From contig JAMWBK010000007.1 of the NCBI GenBank assembly GCA_029953675.1, positions 186,001 to 250,000 on the forward strand: a stretch of DNA of 64,000 bases. The letters are read 5' to 3'. The stretch's first letter is position 1, and every line of letters starts with the position of its first letter. The notes under the pieces were generated by a model. The model saw only the letters and a list, made by a program, of their open reading frames with translations. It did not search any database and was not told where the DNA came from. The translations under genes were made by a program, and so were the position numbers. Shown piece by piece: positions 47,867 through 58,911 of this stretch. Source of the stretch: Rhodosorus marinus CCMP1338. Taxonomy: Eukaryota; Plantae; Rhodophyta.

Positions 47867-50800
47867 ATGGCGACGCCACCTGAACCGATTGATTTTAAGG
47901 ACGGGTGGGAGTTTCTGGAGCAGAATGGATTCTCACCTCTATTGGATACCTTGGAGGAGTTTGGGGATGCCAAGTTGACGTTCAAGGCTGGACAGTTGGT
48001 GGAGTTGAGTCTGATGGTTTATCGGGTGTGTTCGAGTAAGCAGAGCGCCCCACCGCCCCCCCCGCAACGAGAAGATCTGTACCGGAGGGTGGAGAAGCGG
48101 ATCAACCAGTACCTCGAGGAGAAGGTGTTAAAGGCAGTGACAGAGAAAGAACTCCACGGCGAGTTTCTGCTCAAGGAGCTAGTGAAACGGTGGAATAATC
48201 ACTGCATCCTCGTGGGATGGGTCAGCAATCGTTTCAGATTCCTCGACTTGTACTATGTCAAAGAAGCAGTTGTCCCAAAGCTTGCCGTCATGGGTTTTAG
48301 ATGCTTCAAGGAAACTGTCTTCTCCCAGATCAACAATGACGTGCGCCATGCCGTCCTCCAACTCGTTCAGCAGGAGCGTAGTGGTAAGCCTCTTCCTTTC
48401 CTAGACCAGATATACATCGCTTCCGTCACGAGGGCACCGGCAACATGGGGCCTAATTCAGTTTCCCACAACCCCTTCAGGCCAAGTGGTCGATACTTACT
48501 TGCTTAGATGTATCAAGGATATCTTCGTGGAGATGGGAATGAACATCCTCCCGTCGCAGACCCACGAGAGCGAAGCCACTGGACTACAGGTTTACGAGCA
48601 GGAGCTGGAGGAACCATTCCTGAACAGCACAAAGGACTTTTACAGAGCTGAGACCGCTAAATGGGCTACAGAGCTCTCATTTCACGACTTCATGGTCAAG
48701 GCTGAGCAGTCGATTGAGGCCGAACTGACAAGGTAGGATGAAACTGAACTAACAGCATCATCACACTGCATCTTAGAGCACCATTCGATCCAGACTGGCT
48801 AGCAGCGGCTAATCGCCCAACCTATCCGTCTCCAATCCCGTCCTTCAGAACAAGAGCGTATTTGCACCAAAAAACGAAAAATTTGGTCCGAAAATGTTGC
48901 GAGGAGGAGATTCTCAAGCACCATCAGGAGCACGTTCTGACAAAGGAGAGCAGTGGACTGGTTTTCATGCTTGTAGAGAATCAAAAGGATGACTTGGAGC
49001 GGCTCTTCCGCCTATTCTCTCCCATGGGAGAATACGGCCTGAGTATGATCGCGAAGATCTACAGAGAGCATATTGAAGCCGAAGGCAATGCCTTGGTCGA
49101 GGCGGAGAAGAGTAAGATGGAGGCGCAAAGGGAAGAAGGTGGCAAGGGCAAAGGTGGGGCATCAAAGCCAGAGTTTGACTGTATTGAGAGCCTGCTTGCC
49201 CTGCACGATCGATATCTCAGTCTCGTGAAGGAATGTTTCGCCGAAAGCACGATTTTCAAGGATGCAACAAAGGAGGCCTTCGAAGCCTTTGTTAACGAAG
49301 ACTTCGGCCCTATCTCCACGGCCGAATTGTGCGCCAACTACAGCGATTCACTGCTTAGCCAGAACGGCATGGGCGCCAAGATGGACGAGGATAAGATCGA
49401 GAGTCTCCTTGACAAACTGGTCCTGCTCCTCGACTACCTCTCGCAGAAGGACTTGTTCATGGAGTTTGCCCAGAAACAACTCGCCAAGCGGCTTTTAATG
49501 GAACGTTCCGTGAGCCAGGAATTGGAACGGTACGCTTGTTTGTGGAGAAGGAAACGGTTTCCCCCACCTTTGTGCGCGAGACCACGGAACCGATGTCTTT
49601 GCTAAACCCGTTACACCCGCCGGTTTTGTTCATTCAGATCCTTCATTCAGAAACTGAAATTGAAATGCGGACCGCCCTACACGATGAAACTGGAGGGAAT
49701 GATCACAGACATTAACATTAGCGACGAGCACAGAAAAACATTTAGGGAATGGTGTAACGAGAACCAGGATGTTGCGCCGATGGATACTGGAGACAACGCT
49801 ACTACTACTACTAATAGCTTCAAGGTCAACGGAATCGTTTTCAATGCTCACGTTCTCAAGAGCGGGTAAGTTTCAAGTGTCTGCCTGCCTCGACTACACC
49901 CAAGATAGAATGTCGCGTTCTCATCGACCGGCCTGTTGGTTTTTCAATTCAGGCATTGGCCGCACTATGAGAAGGAAACGGTTAAGTTACCGTCGCCATT
50001 ATATGATTGCATCGAGCTATTTCAAAAGTACTACTGCGCAAGAACCGAGGCGCGGGTTTTGAGGTGAATCCGTCGATTCCATGATCTTGTCTCGTGCTGT
50101 CGTGTGTTTTTGAATCATCCGGTCTGACCATTTCCGTTAACTCTTGCACAGATGGGCACCAACACTCGGGAAGGGAGTGCTGGAGAGCACTGCATTTATT
50201 GGAAACCCAAAAATTGGAACCGTCGAGCTGACTGTTAATACTTACCAGATATGTATACTCCTGATGTACAACGAAAAGGATGAGATTCCCTACCAAGAAA
50301 TCTACGACGGACTTAGAGATCAAGCAGCACCGGAAGGTACTATGTACCTTGATGATGACAGTATGAAGCAGCTCCTCCTAACTCTATGTACGAAGAGATA
50401 CCCGTTGTTGACGAAAAAGTCAGGAGAGGTATGTTGTAGATTCGTTTCGATGATCTAACGTAACCCCAAAGCACAATTCGATGTCCGTTGCTTAACTGTT
50501 GATTCGATTTTTTTTTTACCGTTAAGAATGGGGACGTTTACGCGCTCAATGTGAACTGGGCACCCAACAAGCGTCAGAAAACGCTCCCTCTACCGAGTGC
50601 GAAGATCACCGCAAAGGAAACCCGGGGGGCTGTACATAAGGCCGTTGAGGAGGATAGGAAGCATGCAATCGAGGTTTGCCACGCTTCAACGCTGAAAATT
50701 TGCCGAGAACAGTGCGTCCCACCGAACCTAACTCCAAGATTGTGCTCTACTTTAGTCTGCGATTGTTAGGGTCATGAAGCACCACCGGACACTCTCGCAT

Positions 50801-51033
50801 CAGCATCTCGTTGTAGAAGTCACTGATAAGCTGATGCAGCTGTTTACACCTGAGCCACGGGCAATCAAAAACCGCATAGAAGAACTGATCCAGAGAGTAA
50901 GGCCCGGCACCGGAAAGACGCCGCTTGCCGTTGCCGACAAAGACCACTAGCTGAAAAAGAATTTTCTCTCCGGGCGTAGGAATTCCTGAGACGGGACGCT
51001 GAGGACCAATCACTCTATCACTACATTGCCTAA
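47867..51033 (+). CDS. CUL1: Cullin, most like plant-type CUL1, multi-exon
   Basis: IDFKDGWEF, EFLLKELVKRWNNH, DDLERLFRLF, QKDLFMEF..KQLAKRLL, MKLEGMITDI, EEDRKHAIE-AIVRVMK (neddylation Lys), EFLRRD...YHYIA*. Confidence 0.92.
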
Positions 51034-51680
51034 CTTGCCCGCAACCAAAAAGCAACCCGAGAGCGAGGTCAAGGAACGTAGGTGTAGCAAAAAAAGTGGT
51101 TCTGCTGACGACTTGGAATGTTTACATTTTTGGTGATTGCCGCGCCCAAACCACATGAGAGAAGGTTTGAGCCTGTAAAGAATCAAAACGAAACGGTAGG
51201 GCTGCATCAAACCGGTGGCGCCAGTTGGCTGTTTTGTGGAGAGAAGGAAGCCTTGCGTAGCAAATGGATCTACAGCCTTGGTTTCTTGAACGGGGGTAAC
51301 CGCCCCTCGCTTATCGATTGGCCCGGTGGTGGGTGAGAAGACACCACTTAGTATTGTTGTACAAGGAAGAGAACTGGAACATAGTCTCGTTGTTTATGAA
51401 GAAAAACAACTTTTTGCTGTTTTTTCCCGCACCCGCGCGTTTCCGTCGGTGGCTGGGCTCGCCATTCTAGCCAAGCAACCCGTGGCTCCATGAGCTTCAG
51501 CCGTCTGAAAACCGCTGAAACCAAATAAGAAGATGGGAATATACCATCGGAAACCGTCCATAGAAACAACAGATAGGTGCGTCTTATGTACAAAAATAGA
51601 GACGCTCACGACCCACATCATCATCGCGAATGTCACGATATAGGTTCCAATAACGTTCCTAGACGTTTTGCAAAGGCTTC

Positions 51681-52685
51681 CTAGTAGACGTTTCTCGTTC
51701 TTGCGGCACTGCTCCGTTGGTGAAACGCGGAGAGGGGCAGAGGTTGCTCGGGGGCAGATGGCCCCCCTTGCTGTCCGGAGGAAGGAGCAGCGTGCATGTT
51801 TGGTTCCAGAAACGGAACAGTGCCCGGTTTTTTGGTGTCATTGAGAAGGATGCCCATGCCTGGGAGGCCGGATCCGTGGCGGTCTACTATCTGAGCACTG
51901 TTTCCAAAGGCCAGGAATTCTTCTAGCGCAGCAAGAAAAGGCGGAGTGGGATGGGATAGCCAGAATCCGCAGCTTTTAGAGGCGTCTCTCGGGCTTTTGG
52001 AGCGGAACGAGCAGGCCTACCTGATTCAAACAGCTCACCCTCTACTGAGGACGTTTCTTTTTCGTTCACAGGAATTACGCCGCGTTCGACGTGGACAATA
52101 CTTCTTTCGTCAATGCTTGACATGCTGTCAAAATTTGCTCTGTTGAGCCGCTGCTCGGCCTCTCGCAGGAGAGCGCTATCCCCGATTGGAGTTCGATCGC
52201 GCTGTTGGAGAGCAAATGGTTAAGAAGACGGGACCATGTCGGGTGAAAGAGTTTGACATATGATTACCTTGTTCAAGTTGTGCGTCTCCGCAGTCACATT
52301 GGTCCGGTTCTGTGCCTCCTCCCAGGCCTCCCAAAGGTGCTTTTCGTTCTCCAATTCCTGAACAACCGACGCAAGTTTCCTGTTCTCATCGGCTAAGACA
52401 GCTGCTCGATCTGAATGTCGAATCGAGCCCTAGGACAACAAAAAGAAATATCAGAGCTGGCCGTTTTGCTAAGAATTCATAATCATCCCAGCTCGAAAAG
52501 CCCCAACTCACCTGCTCTGCCGCAGTTAAGCGATTTGACAACGCTCGGGCTTCAGCCTCAAGAATCTCAACCTTCCATCGCAGAGACCGCCTTGCTCTCA
52601 ATGCTACAAAAACCACAGTGCAGAAAACAATCGCCAGGAAGACGTCTACAACCCCAAAACCGATCAGACCTTCATAAACACTCAT
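51681..52685 (-). CDS. Hypothetical single-pass membrane coiled-coil protein, 4 exons
   Basis: TM FGVVDVFLAIVFCTVVFVAL followed by a coiled coil. Three phase-compatible GT-AG introns give a continuous frame ending ...RTRNVY*. Confidence 0.7.
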
Positions 52686-54741
52686 TGCTCTCCCCCTTTC
52701 CCCTCCCACCGGACATCCAAACGAGAAAAAGAGAACAAAACGCAATAACCGGAATATCAACGACAGCAAGCCAAACAACAGCCTCAAAAAAAGCCAACCA
52801 TAACCACAAAGAAGATATTAATAAAGTCTTAACGACAAAACCAGAAATCAGTCCAACCCCGCAAATGAAAGCAATACCCGATGCTCTCCCTCTCTCAACC
52901 CCCCCCCAACTCAAGCACGTCAAAAACCCTACCAGAAAGCTATCCTCGGCACAACAATCCTAAATGACCCTTAAAAACAACATAGTAGTCCTTGATATTC
53001 CCAGTGGAATAGAATATCCTCTATTATTCAAAACAATTAGGGAATATGAGGACAGCTGTCATCAGTTTTGGGGAGAACTGCAATAATCATGAGAATATAT
53101 GGATTGTTCTACCCATACATGTTTGAATTTTAAATTTTTGGGGTTTGGCACGAATGGGCTGGAATTTTAGTCTGGAGTGGTTTTATGAGTTTTAGAAGTA
53201 ATACAGGGTATGGGGTGTGTGAGGCGTTTTGGACAGGATGGACTGTGTGAAGTGCTAGGGATGAGGGTCTCTTCGCGCTGTGGCATGGAGTAGGGCAAGG
53301 GCTTGTTCCCTGACGCACGTGTTTTGCACAGAAAGTGTTGATTCTTGTTTTTGGTCTGAATGGTTGTGGTGTCACCATCTAGTGGGACGGAAAAGACTGT
53401 GTTGCAGGAACGCGTACGTATCTGGATAAATGGCGGGCAGGAGAATCTTGGACTCCGGATGTGTATTGGCATGGACGAGCGTTTTAATTTATGTTGTTCG
53501 GTGACGTAAGATTTTCTCAGAATATTTTGCTTCGAGTCGTACTGTATTCTGATCCTCAGCAAGATCGGACAGCACGAGCGCGTGCACCCGGAGAAATCTC
53601 TTGCGGGCGAATTTTTAATGCTTGGCTGGATAGTGGGGCATGGGGCAGATGCTGTTTGGAAGCTCCTCTCCTCCGACCTGGAGCTTTTACGACTCTCGCC
53701 GATTCCAGAAAAGCCTCTGGGGTGCAAAAAGCCAAGCAAGCCATTGGGTGGTGCTCTGTTTTTTATTCTGAACCAGCCAAAACGGAGAAGTGCAATCGAT
53801 TTTCCGTTCAGCACATCTCACAGAACGAATCGCCCTCCGCAACCCTGTAATTGTCTCCAAAAAAAAAGTTCAGAAAAACCTGAAAGATTTATCACTCAAG
53901 CAGCACTCGTCACCCCAAAAACGTACGTCTGACACGAGACCCGATCCCTGCTCTCGGGCAGCAATCGTCCCTGACATCCAGAAGACTCCCCTCGCCCAAC
54001 ACCACTGGTCGTCCAGCACGACCAAAGCCAAACGTCACTAGCCAGAACAAAAACCCAGAAAACAAAACGCCATAGAAATATCGTCCCTTTTGACTCCCAC
54101 CCCGCACAACAAAAGAAGAGTCTTTTATCTTCTTCCGCCAGCTTACATTGGGTCCTCGTGATTCTCAGCGCAGGTCCCGAACCCCCGTGTCCCAAATCGT
54201 TAAAAAAAAACCCTCCCTCAAGAATCATCTCGACTGACATTGATTGTTTTTTAATGTAAAAAAAGATACTCAATAAGCAATAAAGCTCTACTACCATTCC
54301 CACTCACCACCTCCCCCCCCAAAAAAAAAAGGAAGCAAAACCGATCGGCATGATCGGCATCACGTCCAGCGGAAAAAAATCCGTTTCGATCAACAACAGT
54401 AAGAAAACAGCCAGAGTGCCCCAAATACTGTGTTTTTTACTATGTTGGCGCCCCTCCAGCAAGCTTTCTTCTGATTGGTACCGATGCAAAAACGCTCTCT
54501 TTCAAAAGTTCATAAAATATAAAATTACTCTTTCCATCCAATCATCCCATGAATCCGTGTCCTCTTCTAGAATTACAAAACAAAACAAAAGCATTACACA
54601 GATACAGAGAAATAATTATCGAAAGTTAAACCTTTAAAATTTGATTCCTCGAAATTTAAACACCCACACTCAATATTTGTTCATTTATTCAACCTATCTT
54701 TCAGTCGGGTGAATTTGTTTCAATTTTCATGAACAAAAGAC

Positions 54742-54782
54742 TTTTCATGACAGCTGTCCTTAAAGGACAGCTGTCATGAAAA
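54742..54782. repeat. Perfect 20-bp-arm palindrome with a 1-nt spacer
   Basis: TTTTCATGACAGCTGTCCTT-A-AAGGACAGCTGTCATGAAAA. Confidence 0.97.
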
Positions 54783-55723
54783 TTCGATCAACTTCCACTA
54801 CAATAAATAGAAATAGGTCAGTTTCTTGTTCACATACGTTCGGCGGGCTGTCCAAATCGAATATCCTTTTTATATATTATTTGGAAAGAAGTGATTTGTC
54901 ACTTTTGCTGTTTTTCCCGTTGCGGGAGCCCAACGTCAACGGGGACAGGACCGGCAACTCCCACGAGAACCGTTTTTCTAGAAAATCAAAAATATTAATA
55001 TACTGAAATATTAATAAAATATGGAAGAAACGGTGGGAACATTGATCCAAATACTTTCCAAATAGTTTTATAGGGGGTAATTTATTTCATATATCAACTG
55101 GTATTTTCAATATTTATATAATATTGTAGCCTATCTTTAAATTTTGATGAGAGTTTTAAGGAGGGGTTGCTTTAATCTTCACTTACCCCTCCAATCTTCA
55201 TCGGGTAATGCGGAAATGTTTTTACCAAAAATCCCCCAAGACGATCTCATTTAATTTAAACTTTTTGGCCATAGACCGGTGAAGAGGTATCAGTAGCCCC
55301 CTTCAAGATTTGGCCAAGTAAAAGTTTCTTTGTATTTTAGCCACAAGCAGATTTTCGTTGAAAATGATGCCAAAATCGTACACTCTCCGGTCATCCTCCC
55401 TATTACAAATCAGTCATTATCCAAGGACTATTCTTTTTTTTAGAATAATACTAAGTTTTAAGAGATTGATATTAGTCATTATCGCTCTTCCGTTTTGGCG
55501 TGTTGGTTGGGGAATGGATGGGAACACAAGGAGGGCTTGGCAAATCTATATATAGATGGCTTGGCTTGGGAGGTAGGAGGTGGGAAGGGTAGGATGGTTG
55601 GATGGGATGGAAGAGAAGATGTGGATGTGCTGGCGGACTTTGTAGTTTGTTTGAATAGTTTATGGTTGTTGGGTTCGGTAGGGTTTTTTTGGTTTTTTGG
55701 GGGGAGTGGGGGGAGGTGGATGT

Positions 55724-57292
55724 ATGATGTGTTTGGAGGTGGAAAAGCGACCAGTGGTGGAGGAGATGGACAGTCCAGCTTTGGTGAGGTTACGTAGCGG
55801 ATGGGGGTATTTGAGATCGTACGTGGGCAGCGAAAACTCCCTGGTGGAGTCGAGCAGTCGCGTCCTGCTTGAGGAGACTGATCGTCTGCGGAACGGAAGA
55901 AAATGGAGTTTCGTGTTCGAGCCGGTGGTGGATAAGATGATCCTTTTAGTTGAGAGGGACTATCAGGCGAGTGCTCGTATGAGAGAGGAGGATGAGCTCC
56001 TGAAGAGGTACTACGAGCTCTACGAGGATCTGCTTCTAAAAGACGCACCCCAAACGCTTCACGGACGGGCACATGTTGAGTCTCAAGAGCCCGCGGAGAG
56101 TAACTCCTTTATGAGCACTCGCGTCGCGGAAGTCGATGTAGACAACAAGCGGGAGGAACACCCCGTAATGGGTGGTTTGGACTTCTGGTTGCAGGGAACG
56201 ACGGATCCGCTGCGCGATGGAGGTTGCTTCAACAAGCAGGATTTTGTCATCACCGACTTTTATGCCCTGAATGATTTGGAGCAGTGCTTCCGTCGCTGGA
56301 TTCAGGTGCTTGTAGAAAACCACGGCAACACACGCGGATTGTTCCAGTCGTTCCTACAGTCCTTCCCACATTTAAGCCCCTTTCTGGGGAAAGTCTTCGC
56401 CATGGAATCCAGAAAGCTGAGAGCATACGCAGCGGAACCTAGTTCGTACGGTTTGACGGGGAAGCCCAGAAGAGGTAGAAATTATGTGCCAGTGGACATA
56501 GTATTGCCGTTCAATCACAAGTCCCTGAAGGAGAACTATCCATCGGCGATGAAGGGTTTGGAGAGCGGTGAAGTGGACATGCGTTTCACCAACGAGGCCG
56601 AGGACAAGGTTGCAATGGAAATACAGATAAACCGAGAGCACATTCGTATCCGGATGAACGTTGTCGATGACGTGATCGTGTGGAGCGAAATCAAGGGGTC
56701 CGAGTTGGTTGCGGTGGAGAACGCCGATGGATCGCTCGATCGGGTTGATTTTAACTCGGAACTGATGAATGGAGCCTGCCATCTGGTTATTACTCCTAGC
56801 GTTCGCCTGCCACTGAAAGTCAAGCTCAATCTTCCAGCGTTCCATATAGAAATAAAGGGCCGTATGGATTCTGCCACGGGAGAGCGACTTGTAGAGGGTA
56901 GAATCTGCAAGATGGAGAAGCGATTTATTGGTAAAACCATTCAGATGCTGCTCCCGGACCTCAATAGGATTTTGCAGAGGATCATGGACACTTACCGAAT
57001 CGAGTGGCGTTTCACACCGAACGAATCTACGTCTCTCACAACGTTCACTGTGACGAGATCTTTTGAGACGCCAGCGATGAGGAAGATGATGAAGCAGACT
57101 TACAAGAAGATGGTAAAGGAGGCGATGGAAGAGGAGAAGAATCCGAAGAAGAACAAGACTGGCAAAGTGGAAGAGGATGACCCTCGCATGCACTACGTCG
57201 CTGGCCTTCTTCAGGACCTTCGAATCGTAGCAACTGAACTGAAAGAAGAACAACCAGCGCAGCCGATGTTGTTAGAATTCAGCTTACGCTAA
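55724..57292 (+). CDS. Intronless hypothetical protein, about 522 aa
   Basis: Long uninterrupted ORF with coding-like composition and a G/T-rich leader. Family not recognised. Confidence 0.85.
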   Translation: MMCLEVEKRPVVEEMDSPALVRLRSGWGYLRSYVGSENSLVESSSRVLLEETDRLRNGRKWSFVFEPVVDKMILLVERDYQASARMREEDELLKRYYELYEDLLLKDAPQTLHGRAHVESQEPAESNSFMSTRVAEVDVDNKREEHPVMGGLDFWLQGTTDPLRDGGCFNKQDFVITDFYALNDLEQCFRRWIQVLVENHGNTRGLFQSFLQSFPHLSPFLGKVFAMESRKLRAYAAEPSSYGLTGKPRRGRNYVPVDIVLPFNHKSLKENYPSAMKGLESGEVDMRFTNEAEDKVAMEIQINREHIRIRMNVVDDVIVWSEIKGSELVAVENADGSLDRVDFNSELMNGACHLVITPSVRLPLKVKLNLPAFHIEIKGRMDSATGERLVEGRICKMEKRFIGKTIQMLLPDLNRILQRIMDTYRIEWRFTPNESTSLTTFTVTRSFETPAMRKMMKQTYKKMVKEAMEEEKNPKKNKTGKVEEDDPRMHYVAGLLQDLRIVATELKEEQPAQPMLLEFSLR

Positions 57293-57729
57293 GGCCGTTG
57301 ATAATTCTCCGCGCACCGACAGACACTTTAATTCTCCAAGCCAGCCGCTGCGGCGCACAAGATCGTGTTCATATTATGTACAGGCGTCTAATATGCAGCA
57401 AGCGCAGAAAAGCGTTCAGATCGGTGTTGATATAATTATAAAACTGTTTTTTAAAATGTATCGATATTGAAAGTCAAAACTACCTCACACCATCCGCCGC
57501 GGGTTTGGATAAAATAACAACACACCAGGGTTAACCTTCCAACTCGTTTTCACTCAAAAGTTAATGTGTGACGTTTCCATCGTCAAATTCCGGATTGATC
57601 AATAAGGACGTAGTCTCGAGCTTCAAGAGTGGTAGAAGAAGTGGCGGGTGTCGAGGTCTTTGTTTAGTTGTTTTAACAATCGTCGTCCTCATTCCCCTCA
57701 AACCCCCGAGGGCTCCATGGACGAGATCT

Positions 57730-57933
57730 TTAGCGCTTCCATTCCTCGTTGACCCACTTTGGAGTAGCAAACTTAAGAAAGACCGCGACGAGAAAAAGAA
57801 CCAGGGCCACCGCGGCAACACAGATCCCGGTCAGAGCGCCCTCGCTCAAACTCGTTTCATCAGAAGCTAGCGATCCGAACGGAAATAGCAACAAGCTCAC
57901 CACAGCCCAATTCGTCTTCGTTTTAGCCCCCAT
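57730..57933 (-). CDS. Small (67 aa) membrane protein with a signal-like N-terminus and one TM helix
   Basis: MGAKTKTNWAVVSLLLFPFGSLA...LSEGALTGICVAAVALVLFLVAVFLKF with a G/T-rich leader. Confidence 0.55.
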   Translation of the reverse strand: MGAKTKTNWAVVSLLLFPFGSLASDETSLSEGALTGICVAAVALVLFLVAVFLKFATPKWVNEEWKR

Positions 57934-58911
57934 CGCCCGGCTTACAACAACAAAACTAAACGCCTTTACCACCAAAAAAAAAAAGCCGACTCTTCTCTCA
58001 CACTCCCTCTCACGTTCTTCGAAACCTTCGTATGTAAAACGCGAAACGTTCACGGCGCATTGCTTCCCTCATTCACTACATAACGAGGAGATTCACGCTC
58101 CGCAAACCATCTGCTCAGAGCTTCGCCACGACGGTTTCCAACTGTTAGCTGAGTCTGCTGCTTGGCATTTAGCAACAGCCATCTCAGAAACGAAGACCTG
58201 CTGTTCGGCAAACAGTGTGGACTGCGAATGAGTGACATCTGTCTTCTCGTCTGAGATTGCGATGTCTCCAGCTCCCCAGTGGCTTTGCTCCATAAGAGTG
58301 GGAGCGAGGGCTTCCTCGGACTCGCGTTCTTCAAAAACGACAAGCGAGGGCTTGTGGCATGTCCCCTAGTTTCTAAAGTGGCCTTCAGCTGGCAGAAGAG
58401 TTTCAGTAACCTTTTTGTGCTGTTCTTGTGCTTGGAAACGTCGACATGAGCGAGCGCGGTGTAGTTCGACTTGGAAATCTTTCGTCACAATGGTACGGTT
58501 AGGTTCCTGTGAATCAAGCGCGTGGTCGATGGGGGCGACTCATCTGTCTATGGCACGGCGCCGAAATCAAAACTCTCGTTTTCCTTGGGAGCGAATGATC
58601 ATGCGGGTGTCTCTCCTGGAGACTACCTCGACTCTATCACGACAAATCTTTTCCTTGCAAGTGCTTTAATTCAGTCTTTGGTCCTTGCGGAGTCCCAAAG
58701 AGTAGGGACAGCAGCGGGCCTGTTTAGCTGCTGCTGCTGTATTCTCCCTTCTAAAAGCCGACTGCACGACAACGGATCATCTGAACGAAGACGCGCGATT
58801 TGTGGCAAGATACCAAGTCAGTATGTTTGAACAACAACATGGGAGTAGTCAGTAGTACAGAGAAGCGTGCGGGTTCGGAGGGTAAATCTCATCCTCCCCG
58901 GCGGCATATTA

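Noticed and set aside
53167-53932. Overlapping 100-215-aa ORFs on both strands
   Set aside because: Starts are mostly non-ATG, no motifs are recognisable and no consistent splice model emerged. Kept only as possible non-coding transcripts.
56372-57253. 293-aa minus-strand ORF
   Set aside because: It lies fully antisense to the 522-aa ORF and has the His/Leu/Phe bias expected from the reverse strand of a Glu/Lys/Met-rich gene.
58050-58830. ORFs between the 67-aa membrane gene and CBP80
   Set aside because: There are competing short frames on both strands without good starts or motifs.
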